Made by a program: the position numbers and the translations under genes. Shown here piece by piece: positions 22,043 through 35,400 of a stretch of DNA of 60,659 bases. The stretch lies in assembly GCA_030167865.1 (NCBI GenBank), contig JALAGF010006498.1:1-60659 (forward strand). Reading direction: 5' to 3'. How positions within the stretch are numbered: position 1 is the first letter of the stretch; each line of letters starts with the position of its first letter. Under the pieces are notes generated by a model that saw only the letters and a program-made list of their open reading frames with translations, was not told the DNA's origin and made no database searches. This DNA is from Craspedostauros australis (lineage: Eukaryota).

Positions 22043-25000
22043 GTATGGTACTGCACTTTCTCTCTTGACACGCCAGTTGCGATGGTCGATTGATGATGCT
22101 GGTGGTTGTGATGTCGTTGGTGGGTCACTCTCCTTTCTGATGTCGCGCTTACCGCGTGAGGTGGTCGCGCTCGTCTTTTATCTCTTTTTCGAAATTATGC
22201 GGGTGTCCCGTGCGCTTGTCCTGGACAAATGAAGAGGCTCTGCGATTGTACGGGTTGGTTGCCTTGTGTGATTCGGTGCGTTGTGTCGAGATGGAGGTTG
22301 TGTTGCCTTGGTTGCTGTTTTTTATGGGTAAGCTTGTGCGAGTTTCTCGGCAGAGCAGTGAATCGTTCTTGTGTTCCTTTTGTTGGTGTTGCCCCATTTT
22401 GTGGCCTAAACGCGTGTCGTTGCCTCCATGTTGTTCTTGGACACATCGTTTTCTCAACGCGAAGCTGAATCGCTACAGTCATAACGGCCAATAAGCCCCA
22501 TAAGTATCATTATCCGGTGGAGTTATTCCCTGAACACCGGGTCATCGACCGATGCCTCGTTTGCGCATTGACATTCTTCTCGAGCAACGAAGGCGCAAAA
22601 CGTCTGTCGGACATCATGAAGCGTCGACATAGGAATGCCGCTATCACCACATTGTCATCCAATCACTAACCGAACGAAAAGCAATAGGGCTCGGAGGTTC
22701 CACATCACCTTGAAGCGTGACAAGAACCTGACTATTCGTGACGCCCGAATGGGTCGCAGATTTAGCCGCCGCTGGAGTGATTCAGCTTCCCACAAGAAAC
22801 ATGCAAGCACGCACTCAGAAACTGCCGTGGTGGTGTTACTTGTGCTTACATAGCGCACGTATGGATACCTACGAGCACAAGCACGAGTACGAGTAGGAGT
22901 ACGAATACTTGCACATATACGCGTAAGTACGAGTTCGCGCGGTACCATGCATCCGACGTTTGTAAAGGCGTGAAGGTGGTTTTGTATGAGGAAGCGCCAG
23001 CGGCTTCGCAGCAATTGCGGAAGGGCCACAATCGCACGATCCTTCATGCGAACAGGTACCAGCACTGGATGAGATAACACCGGCAGCAAGAGGACGGGGA
23101 GTCTCCAACTCGGAGTGTATGCCCTGCTGGCATACGCGTACCAGAGCATCGCCCGAAGCTGCAATCCGACGGTACTTGTGCCGGCTCGTCGCAACGACCT
23201 GAAGATGGACGATCCCTGATTCTCTCGCATCGGGGCCTGCCATGCAAAGAACTCTGTTGGAGTGAACGCACAAGCTGTGCGGTGCCAACACCAGTTGCGT
23301 CAGAGAAGCGCAATCCATCCGAACCAACAGATACATCCACTCTGGAGCGAAGCTGTGGCTCGTATGTCTGTTTGTACGCAATGACCCAGCCTGTTGGTGG
23401 TACTCAAGTTCTTCACTTCGCGTCTCAATGCTTCTGTTCACTGGCAGCTTCAGCTAACGCACAATCGCATTCGCGATATGCCTCCATCCATGCTATCCAC
23501 GTGGAACCTGCGTCTTTGCAGCTCGTACGCCCATGGCTCGCCGTAGTCTTCGTTGGCGTTGGCGTTGGTGCCGATGTTGGCACGAGAGTTGGCGTTGGCA
23601 GCACCCACACTGGCATAACAACAATAGATCGGAGTACAATCCACATCCTCTTACCAGTGGCGTGCAGAGCCGGTCTCCCCGATCTACGAGTACGAGTACA
23701 AGCCTGACTCTTCTTCGGGGGGAGCAAACTCCAGTTTCAGTACTATACTTGTATTTTTCATCAGCCTGTCTGGAATTTGAAACTGATCTACACCCGCTCC
23801 CTTGTGTATGGTCGGCTTCCGGATACTGTCCGACAAAAGCTTTGATGTTTGGACGTTTAGAGCTGATCCTTCGTCACCAGGTAGCCATCCTGGTAGTGTC
23901 CCCGTATTCCCGAGGAACCGAATGCCGCGTCACGGAAGAACCAGGTGTGCATGGAAAGAGGTGCACTCCGCGCACCGTCCGCAGTGCAAAAAGGGCGCGG
24001 CCGATTGAGTTGCCGTCCGACATCCTCCTTCCATCAATCGGCAGGGCATGCGTACTCACCCCTCTTATACCACGAATGCAACTAGAAGAAGGTAAAGGTG
24101 TGCGCTGGTGCGAACGTGACAGACTACCGGAAAGGACTGGGCGGAGGTACCTCGTCAAACAGTTAGTCACCGCTCATGCGGACTCCTGCTCGTGTGCATT
24201 GCGCTGGTACAAGGGCATGTACATGCGCGCGTGCTCTCTCTGTCTGTTGGCCAAAAATACCACGGCATGTTCTCTACTACGGCTCCGCGAAAGCAGCGAC
24301 CGGAGGACCGGCGCGCAAGTCACTTGTGTGTTCTGTGGAAATACGTACGCACGGATGTTCGTGACTTGGGGTTCGCACCTTCATGTGCCCCTTACTATTT
24401 CAATGAGAATCACACGCGCTTTTTTGTAACGATCACTCTTCGAAATGACACCCACTCCTTACAAACACTCCGATCGATGAATTGGAGAAGTTGAACAAGT
24501 CCTTACAATTAAACGAGCATGACTCGAGTAGCTTTCTGCAGGATGCTTAATTGTGGCTCTTTGTACGTCGATGCTGACATTCTCCGCGAACACCATCGCG
24601 TCGTCTTTGTGACCATCGAGATGGCATATGCCCCGCGACCCAAACGCCTTTGCGGCCTCACGTTCGCGTCGCGGTGGACACGTTGTGTGCCTATATTCGT
24701 TCTTCGGTGAAGGGTGAACAATTCTTTTTCTTCCCGAGAGCAGTCACTTCTCTGTAACCAGAAAGCAAGGTGAAGGAAGCACATGGGAGACATGGCCTGG
24801 CTGCAACCACCGTCACTGCAGCTGCTTTCGTTGAGAGTCCATTCATGCCACCAATCTGTCTCTTCCTCTCTCTGTCTCCTTGCTTCGTTTGCTGCCCAGT
24901 AGTACGAGCTATTGGCACCCCCGGCCTGGTTGCCATGCAATCATTGCGCAGTCGTACCGGATCTCAAGATTTGCGGTTCCAGTCCGAACCTCTCCAGGCT

Positions 25001-26883
25001 GAAACTGATGCGCAGACGAGCATGCAGGAATGCAGAGAGGCTGAGAACGACCAGCCCATCTGTTGGAGCAGTCTGCGCGGATATACAACATGATATAATT
25101 TTATACATGTATTCTATATCATGCCGAGGCATCGCACGCTCAGTTACAAGCAAATAGGCACCCTTTTGCGGTGTCAATGTGTGCGTGAATGTACGCACTC
25201 GTATGCATGCGCAAATGTGCCTATCGGAGAGGGCAGCGGCACCTTTGCCAGGCACATGCTACGGCAAACAGGTGCACTCACTATCCCCCAATGAGGGGTA
25301 CATAGTTCGTACGAGTACAAGTGCGAATACATATGTATAATATGTTTGGAGCTAGATCAGGATGAGCAGCCGGTCATTGGGCTATGCGACCCGCTGGCAT
25401 GCAGAGCATTGCAATGTCAGGATCGACTTGATGTTGCTCCTCGTCTGTTGCGAACGAAAGAGATCGCCTCCCTTCCATGTCCTTTCGGTACTACACCTCT
25501 GGGCCTGTTGCCGCTGAAGAGGGGTTCGACGAACCTCAACGAAACCGAGATCCCAAAGCAACATGCATGACATCGGAGTGACATTGGCAACGCAGTCAAC
25601 GAAATCAATGCAAAAGCCGGTACCTGAGACCAGACCCATTTGTAGCTCGTCTGCTCCAAAGATACGGACATGGCAAGCAACGCTTGTCCTCGAGGACAGT
25701 GTGATAGGATGCAATGAACAACGTCAACAGCACCGAAACCCGAACGTCCCAGATGTCCGCGCTGGTTGGATTGCAGGCCGACCGTTCGTTCCAGTCTCGC
25801 TGCGGCAGTTGAGTACGCGTATGGGAGGTGCACGTACATAGCTGTTGCTAGACGACTACAATACAGTGCAGTCATTGGGGAGGGGGAGAGATCTGCGGCA
25901 TCCAGAGTGAAACTGGCAAACCACAGTAGATAAGCCGGGCACTCAGATACGAGCTAAAGGATAGCTGCCAGGCAGGTGTGGGATGCAACGGCGGCAGACG
26001 AGGAGCATGCCGTAAGCCCCCGACGCTGCCACGTCAAAAGGCCAGGGGGGCTGTCCATATTGGATGCGCGTGTGCGTGTGTATTCGTACATACGGTATGA
26101 TGTGCCTGCGAACGGAGACTGTATGAGAGGAGAGCGGAGACTGCTCTCATGGGAGCGGAACCAGTGGCTGCCGTCCGCACCAGCACAGATAATCGGACGC
26201 CATGATGCCCGCTGTCTTTCGGATGCCATCGCGCGATGCCACTCCCGTTTGGTCACGCACCGTCCGCATGTCTGGCCTTCCAAAGTGTCGAACGCCCATG
26301 GCAATTGTACTGCTGTATGTATGGGACGATAAGCATGGCATGATGTTGCGCTGGTTGCTGCAAGTGCGGCTGTTGCTTCCCGCAGACATGATCCGAACAG
26401 ACACGAAGCGGCAGAAAGCAGAATTCGTTTCTGTGAATGGCACAACGCATTCCCCCCTCCAGTTTTGCGGTAGGGGATGTGATGTGTCATGACTTGGATT
26501 AGCAGACATTCTGGTCGGACTCAAAGTTAACCTGGAGCAATAGCTGGCTGCTTCTGCTACGACTATGAATGGGGAGCTGATCTGGTATGCACAAGCGCGG
26601 GTACTTACGAGCCATGCGTGTTGAGTGGCGTTCGCTCGGATACATATGACTCAGTCAGGGATGTGGTGTCATGTATGAGCTCCTCGCGAGGGAGAACTCC
26701 AACTGGGTGCTGAGTGCTTGTACGGTACGATCAGTGCATGCCATGCTGTTGTGCCTTCCCACACCGTTCCGATTCCCCAGACCTGCTCGCCGATCATTCC
26801 CAGCGTCTATTAAGGCCCATATTTCGGTGGAGCACAAGTGCCGTCGCTGTTCGTATAATCCAACTCGTCCGTATAATACCTCA

Positions 26884-28635
26884 CTAAGCCTCCGTCTTCC
26901 ACAAACCCGAATCGACACACCGCTTCATGTGATACTCGGCATCCTTTGGATCCATATTCATGAGAACGTCTCTGAGCCTGTCGATCTCGCGAGATTCGAA
27001 GGCCTCCTGCATCTCGACTGGCAAGGTTTCGATGACTTCCAACGGATCCAGGCCACCTGGTCCCAGCCGCTGTTCACGCGGCACCTCGTTGAGATCGACG
27101 CCGTCCGCCGTGACGCCAGACTTGCGCTGGGCGTCTATTTCCATCTTTTTGGTGACGGCCCGGCTGATGATCTTCTGGATGAAGGCTTCGACGCCCGACA
27201 GGAATCCCTGCAGGAACTCGCGCTGTTCCATTCGCTGGAAGAATGGAATGATGACGTTTCCTGGGTGGGTGCCCCAGCTCTTGGCCAGCTCGGTGATGTT
27301 GGAGATGATTTGGCACTGCTTCGCGGTTTGCTTCATCTTGTCGCGCTGGCCATTCATCTCGTCCTCCAGGCTGGCGAGCAGGAGGTAGTTGGACGCATGC
27401 TCCTGCAGCAGGACAGTTCCGTGCTTCATGAGGAACTCCTTCGACCTGGAGAATTCTCTCATGGACATGAATTCTTCCACCAGATCCGCGTACTTCTCGG
27501 TGAACTCGTGGTAAGAGTAGACGAAGGTGGAATCGACATCTTCTCGCGACGGTGCAGCCGCGACCGATGGCTTGGGTTTGGCGGGCCCCGCTGCTGGCTT
27601 CGCGACTGCCTTTGGCTTTTCTGCTGCTGCTGGTGCTGCTGCTGCTGGTGTTGCCGCTTTGGTTTCCTTTGCGCCCGCCGTGGGTTTGGCATCCGAGGAC
27701 TTTGGTGAAGACGACGACGCCGGTGTCGATGACGCTGCAACTTCTGGCTCTGCATCATCCTGCGTCTTGCCCTTTGCTTCCATTTCCTTTCGAACTTCCT
27801 CCCCGGTCACGGTTGATTCCGCAAATCCGCTTGGCGTGTAGTTGCTCTTTCCAGCGGAAGCATTGATCACGGTCCTCTCTTCCTTGACTTGGAACATGTT
27901 GTCCACGTTGAGCTTTTTGTTCTTTTCGTACTCGTCCAGCTTGGCCTGTCGTCGCTTGTTCGCGAGTTCCAATTCCTGGATCTCAATCTTGATCGCTTCC
28001 GAATCGTCGATGTCGTCATCATCGCTGTCATCGTCGCTATCCTCCGCCTTGCGCTTTTCAATCTTCTGCAGGTCCCGTTGCAGAATCTTGATGCGCTGGG
28101 TTGCTTTGGACATCTGCTCGTGTTGTGTGTATTTGGAAATAGCGTTTGTGGGGGGAGCCCAGTGATGTGCATTGCAGTGCAGTGAATTGCACGACGTGAT
28201 GTGATGTGATGCGATGTGATGAATGAATGAATGAATGAATGAATGAATGAATGAATGAATGAACGAGTGGATGATTAATTGATTGGTTGGTTAGTTGATT
28301 GGTTAGTTGAGTAGTTGATTGGTTTCCAGAGAACAACAACAGCAGCAGCAGCATCGGCAGCAACAGCAAAGGAGAAGACAAGGAAAAGCACACACCAGCA
28401 CACACCAGCACACACCAGCACACACCCATAATCCATCGTTGATGGTTGATCAACTGCACGAACCCACCTCATCGTTGATGCGCTCGCGGTCCTTCGCCTC
28501 GTGATCCTCGCGCTCCACACGCGATCGATGCTTCATGCGGAACCACGATTCCTTGTCGATGTTTGGGTGGACATCTTCCTCATCGTCGCTGAGTTCGATC
28601 TTGTCCCACTTGCTGTAGTCGAATGGCTTGGACAT
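26884..28635 (-). CDS. CDC37: Hsp90 co-chaperone Cdc37, 2 exons
   Basis: MSKPFDYSKWDKIELSDDEEDVHPNID, LNVDNM, RLGPGGLDPLEVIETLP, HMKRCVDSGLW. Phase-0 intron 28467-28114 (GTGGGT...CAG). Confidence 0.95.
28196..28426. repeat. Compound microsatellites in the CDC37 intron
   Basis: (GTGAT)n, a long (TGAA)n run, (TTGG/TTAG)n, (CAG)n and (CACACCAGCA)3. Confidence 0.85.
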
Positions 28636-29470
28636 CGTGGCTGTTCGTTCAAGTGGTTGTTGTCTGCTGCTGCACTTTGCACCGTCGTTGGTATCGTGCT
28701 TTGATGTTGATGCTGGTGTTGATGCTGATGGTGGTGGTGTAGTGTGGAGCGATGTGGTCAATTGTTCGCCGTTTGTCATGGGTCATGGTGAGCATGGTTG
28801 TCATTGGGCACTGTTGTCCTGTTGTGCACGACAGCCCGTGTATCGTTTTCGGATCTTCGACGAAAGCTGGTTGAATTCATCACATGTATCACCTGTCCGT
28901 CTCCCGATTCTTCGGCGAAGTTGACTCAAATGAAGCGACTTGTGATCGATTGTGTCAATTTGATCAACACGACTTTGTGAAGTGTCATTTTTTCGGTGGT
29001 TCTTTTCGAATTTGAATTCGTTTCTGGCGCCAACACCGCCAAACGCTCGGCACAAGTGTGGCGCTACACAATGACGCATCAGCAAAGTCGTCCTCGCACG
29101 GGCATGGTACGGAATGGTATGGTGCATACCTCTGTGTGGAACCGAATCTTCTCACGGGATGGACCATCAGCAGTAGCAGTAGCAGCAGCAGCAGCATCCG
29201 TCCTTGGCATACGCAGACGAGTACAATTGGCGTCATCCATGTTGCTCACCAAGCACGCCTGGAAGGAAACAATACTGACGAACACGAGCGAGAGCAGGAA
29301 CACGAGCGCGATAAGCTGGAGTATTGCTTCAAGGGTTGGACTGAGAGCAAACTGTATGATACAACTCGGTTCCGGCTTGTGACGAGCACATCGACAGTCA
29401 AGGCAACAGCACCCAAGCCATCAAGTCAAGGTCTATTGGCAGATCGTGGAACTCGCCATCCAGCACAGGC

Positions 29471-32400
29471 ATGAATACGAGCAGCAGCAATACTGCCGAA
29501 AAGATCCAAAAGATGGCAGAGGACGATGTGCTGACGCTGCTGCAGCGGCTACAACGGCAGTATCATGCGCAGGGCGTGAGCGGCGACGCGGGCGCCAACA
29601 CCTCAAGCAGTGCCCGGGTAGGCATGGTTGCCAGTGGCAACGCCGATGGGAATGTCAGGAGTGGCGGCCATCAGGCATTCCAACAATCACCAAAGGAACT
29701 CCGCATGGACCGTCCGCCAGATGCGATTGCCACTGCCCTTGGCAGACAGCTGGCCCAGCACTACCAAGCGCTGAATGTGTGCGAGATCCCCAAGGGCTTG
29801 CAAGAAAAGACCTTGCTGGCATTGTGCAACAAGAAGGTGCCGACCAACGTCCTGTCCGGATTTCTCGCCAAGCTGCTGCAAGAATCTGGGCCGACCACAG
29901 CCTCCTCATCATCGCCGTCATCGCCGTCGTCATCGCCCAATGTAGCGCCTCTGCACGGCGAAGTCGAAAGCAACCACGATGCCTCAGGAACCTCAAAAAG
30001 TGCCTCCACTCCGACTCCGAACTACATCCAGCTGGATTGGCTGCCACAGTGGATGGTCTACTGCGAGCACGAGTATGTCAAAAGCCTCAATCAGACGCAA
30101 TCGAAGGCAACGTCGTCATCAATCGCCTCCTCATTTGAGACAGCAAGGAGGGTCAACAAATACCGCAACAGCCTTAGGTACCAATCACAAATGTCGTGCC
30201 AGCAACCATTCCTCGAGGCGCTCACGATCCTGGCTCGTGCCTACGCGCAGTACCAAAGTGACAAACTGGATTACTTATCCTCGGCGCAGGCAAGCGGACA
30301 AAAGATCCCCATGATGTTTCGCAATCACAAGAACGACAGCCAGCACTCCAGGATGAACAGCGCTGCTCAAAATCGATTGCAAACTGGTCACACCATCGCG
30401 ATGACATTCCGACAGTTCGAGACGGATGCTGGGAGATTCTCTTTTCTGCGGGAGTGCATTCAGATTGCATTCCGCCAATACGCTGCAAACGCCAATGACA
30501 TTGACGATGGTGATGAGAAGGCATCGATGCTGCTGCGATGCATGATCAGCCCGCTGCTTTCCGCGACGGTCCTGACCCCATCGACGTCTATCGCTGCTTC
30601 CACGCTCTGCTGCCAAGAGATTTGGCGACAGTCTTGGCAGCTGGTGGAACAGACGAATGATCTTGGTGTCCTCATTCAAAAGCTGTGGCACATCCTCACA
30701 TGGCAAACGAAGGGGCTGGATCTCTTCCTGCGGACCGTATCATCGTGCTACACGACGGGAACCATCGCGAACCAGCACAGCTACACCGCCTCGCCTGTCG
30801 CTGCCAAGGAATTGGCAACCCAATGGTTCCACACCCTGCTCGAGCTGGCGGTCTTTCTCCAAAACTCGATTCTCAGCGAAGCAGAGATGGAGGACAGCGT
30901 AGAAGCAAGCGCGGCCGCGGCAGGGAGAGACGGCGCGAAGAATGGCGGTCGCGTTGGAGGAACCAAGGATTTTCAATCTCAACATCGGCAGCGACAGTGG
31001 CAGCATCAGCGTCATCGTCGCGATCGTAATCATCGTGATGTTGATTACGGCGCTGATTACATGGATGGCAACAGCGACAGCGAGAAGACCAAGACCGATG
31101 GCATCAGCCGTACATTGCAACGCAGCCTCTATCTCGATAAGTGCAAGGAATGGTTGGAGCACATCTTGTGCACAACACTATTAAGCTGGTTCACGATCGT
31201 TCCATCCTACCATGTTTCCTTCCACAGTGGATACCAATCGCTCCTCGAAATTCTCGCGAAGCTGTCAAGATCGTCACAATCAACAACGTCGTCATCATCA
31301 CCATCATCGCTGGCTTCGTCGTCATCGATCAAAATGACCGACACAACCTTTTTCCGATTGGCGACCATGGCCCTTTCGTTACCTCGCAACGATGAAGCGA
31401 TGATGCTGGTCAAGATCATCTCATACCTCTCGCCCGTTCCGACGGACAAGGCCAAGACGTTCGACACCACGGCGCCTGCGTCGCAGTCCTACAGAACCAG
31501 CATCTTCCAAGCCTTGAAATGCGTCCTGCGAACCAACGGGGACAAGATTGATCCCAAGGGAAATGGAGGCCACAACTTCATCACGCTGGCCGCATCGAGC
31601 CTCCTCCAGCCGGTGATATCCACCGTCACGACCAACTCCGAACTGTCCTCCAGTCGATCCATGAAAGATCCAAACCAGAACATCCAAAGCATCATCCAAT
31701 TCCTCGATGACTCTGTCGTGAACACGGAAGAATTCCTGCACTTCGTCGCACCAGCAAGCCTCCCCGACAACACCGAGCCTTCCATGTTCGACATTAACAA
31801 TGGTATCGATGATGATGACGACATAGAGGAGTCCGCCATATTCCCGCATGCATCTATCCTATCCTCGATCCAGCAAAATGCCGCATTCGTTTTGGGCATC
31901 GCACTATCCAGTGTAGATGCTCGGGCCGCAACGAGATATTGGAGGCAGATGCTGCCTGTATACTCTCACGTTGGCATCCCGCTGCTACCTGTGTGGATGG
32001 AGTCAATCAACCAGACATGCGCAGCGCAAGATGGCGCTTTGCTGATGAAGCAGCTGGACTTCCTCTGCACCACATTGATCATCGATAAGCACTGCTCGCG
32101 AGAAGTTTGGAACCTGCTGAACAGCTACGTGCTGGATCGGAAGATGCCCATCACAGTCCGCACCACCATCATCCGATTCTTCCCAAAGCTCTGCGCAGCC
32201 AACCGCCGTCTGTACACGCGCGTCATCGACGCCATCGGCAAATGCTTGGCGCTCACGAAAGCCATCGCACAGATGGATCTGCCAGAGGAACGGCGCATCG
32301 CAGAAATCGGTCAAATCAGCATCGCCGTCATTGCGACGTTAGCGGATATGGCCAAGGAGGGCTTGATACGGGATGTGTCGGATGTGATTGGTTGGGTCCA

Positions 32401-35400
32401 GTCCTTCATCATGGCAGGTTCCACCGCCAACCGATTCACTTCCAGCAGCGACGAAACGCCGATTCACGCTGTGCTGATTCACTTCGCGTTGCGATGCTTG
32501 CATTATCTGATGCTGTCGCAGGAGCTAGAATTCTCCCTCGTCATGGTCGTTTTGAACAAACACCTATGCGATGTCCACGATCGAAATCAGATCATCCGCC
32601 TGCCTTTGCTCATCTTGGAACCGTTGGTGGAATTGCTTGGCGATGGTGGGCTAGGAGACATGGACCATGACGACGATGACGACGATGACAACGACAACGA
32701 CGAAAATGATGAAGATGGCAGAGGAGAGGGCAGCGGTGATGGATTTGGTCGTCCTCGTGGCACCTTCGATGACGATCATGAAATCCTTGCGAATAGATCG
32801 CGCGCTGTTAGGGATGGGGATACGTCGCAAGTCTCCAAATGCATCGAAACGTTAATTACATTGGCTCAGTCGCAGCGCTTGCAATTGCACAGCACAATGC
32901 CCAGAAATGATCGAACTTTGGTGAATCGAATTCGCAACGCCATCCATGAATCCTTGGCGCGGTATTCCGTGCACGCGCTTGGGTTGAACGCGGAAGGTCT
33001 GCATCGGTTGATGACAGCTCCAGCTATGACGACAACCGCCAATGGCAGCCCTAATGGCGACGGCCAGAACGGTTATGCAAGTGACGGCGCAAAGAACGCA
33101 ATGGTGAATGCAAATGCATCCGTGGCGAAGAGATACAACGACCTTCGGCAGATCATCATCAATGGCGTCAATTCTCCTAGTTCGGCGACAAGCAAGAACA
33201 AGTCGGAACCAGATGCATCGAACAGCTCGATTGCGGCACTGATCGTCAAGATGATGGCATTCGAGCAGGATTCCTTCAGTGCAAATCTGTGGCATTTGGG
33301 TGGTGATGCTGCGAATGGCAAGAGACAAGCAAATGCAGGCAAGGCAAATGGTGCATTGGATCACGAGACAGACTCAGCGTTGCCTCGGGTGGCGAAGGTG
33401 CAGCAGCTGTACAACGAAAACTCATCACCGACGTCATCCGTGGCGATGCTCCTGTGCTTTGAGGGGAAGCCAATGACCTTGCTCAATGATGTGGCGCTGG
33501 ACGTGAGGACGGAGGAGCGCGATCCGCTGGTGCAGAGTTTCACCGTGCAAGGCTGGTTGAATGCTGCTAGATCACTGCTGAAGGACGTCGCCAGCGCTGC
33601 CAGCAACAGCGCGGATGGGTACAGTCAGGCCAACCTGTTGGAATCGCTGGATAGCACGCTGCAGCATCTACGCGGATGGAGGAATCGGCATGATGCACCA
33701 GACAATGCACTGCTGGGGCTTGCCGCAGTTGGGGTTTTCGTGCGTGACATTCTGGAGGCAGACGGTGCGGATTGCTCACGGCAGGTCGGCAGTATCTGCG
33801 ATGATGTGTGGGAGGCCTACGATGACGGAGACTGCGAAGACATGGATAGTGGCAGGGTCGCAATCGCACTGACCGCCATTGCCCGCCTCCACAATAACGA
33901 CCAAGAAGGTGTGGACAGAGCGGTGAACGCGCTGATCCGCTCCATCACAGACCACGAAGGCGAGGTCACGTTCGGAGCAGCCTTCGGTCTCGCAATCATC
34001 GCTCAGGCCGCGTACCTTGAGTTTCTGAAAGACAGCAGACCCAACCACGTGAAATGCGCCAAGCACATCATCAGCTTCCTCGTGCAGCTGCTGATCAGCC
34101 TCTTCGATGAGGAGTATTCGGAATTGAACGACCTTGTGGATTGCATCAAGAAGGGGAGATCGCCAGACGTGCGGAGGCTGACCGCGCTGGGCAAGCAGCG
34201 AGTTCGGTTGGAGAAAGCGAACAAGACGAAAGCGAAGATCATGTTCATCGCGCTCGCAATCTGCCTGCCGGGCCTTGCGATCGTGAATGACGAGCTGCTG
34301 CTTGGGGTGTACTGTATGCTGGAAAGCATCGAGTGGGGAGCCGGGAAGGGCATTGCCATGCCGTCTGTACTGCGTGCATGCCGGCAGGCTGGATTGTTTG
34401 AAGCCCGTCAGATAGAGCAGATCTACTCCAGATACGCCAAGGTGTTTGAGGATGGGATGGAGGACAAGTTCGGAGGGTTGGATGACGTCCTGTATGCCGT
34501 CTCTGCGACAGCGAGCAAGACGATTCCGGATTCCATCCGTCGGTTCCTGGTTGGCAACCGCAACTTGTTCGACGAGCCAGGCAGAGCGCTGTCCATCGTT
34601 GCAGCGACGCTGTCCATTGCATCCATACCGTGTCTGGGGTGCGCATCGGAAAGCATCTTGCAAACGCCAAAGCTGTCATATTCCGCCACCATCAAGGACG
34701 TGAAGGATATCGTCGGCCTCATCGTGTCAGGCGCAGGCACGCACGGGTGGAACAAGTACACTGAGATCTGCATCATCCTGACCGGCTTCATGGCAAGTAT
34801 GGATGGGTCGATCCCGATGCTCTCCTCTGGCGACTCTGTTGGCCCAGAATCAAGTATGGAAGCCTCCGCGTCCGACATGGGCATGTCGGCGATGCCGGCG
34901 CCGAGATCAGGGACGGTGCTGGAAACTGTGATCACCGCACTCGCTGGCACACTAACTCCCGACAGCGGCTCGACACTGCCGAAGGCTCGAAAAGTGAATG
35001 TGGAGATGCTGCTGGGCACGCTGAAGACTCTGCCGCTGCCAGGGCACTTCGCAACCGTCCTGAGAGACATCATGCACAGCGGTAAGCAAAGCACTAAGGT
35101 GGTGTGCAGCCAGTTGCTGGTGTCGCAGGTTCGCGACCATCACGGCAGCGGGATCGGCGGGAAGGAATTTGTGTCACTGTCGTTGCAGATTGCCAACACG
35201 CCGATCGCATCCATGAGAGGGAACCTCGGGAACGAAGACGGGATCAAGGAGTTCATCGAATGCCTGTCGGACCTCGTGCCCAAGATTCCGCAGGGCGTGG
35301 TGGCCGAGACGGTGGACAACGTGTGGCGGTTCTGCATCAATCAGATTGGGAATCACCCGTCGTGGACGGTGTCATATCTCGCAGCGATGGAGAAGCTGAT

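Noticed and set aside
23533..24429. 298-aa ORF, and similarly 53504-54493
   Set aside because: Cys/Arg-rich random-like composition, no domain and none of the host codon bias.
28850..29025. Heat-shock elements upstream of CDC37
   Set aside because: TTC/GAA pairs are spaced by 3 or 0 nt rather than in the nGAAnnTTCn register.
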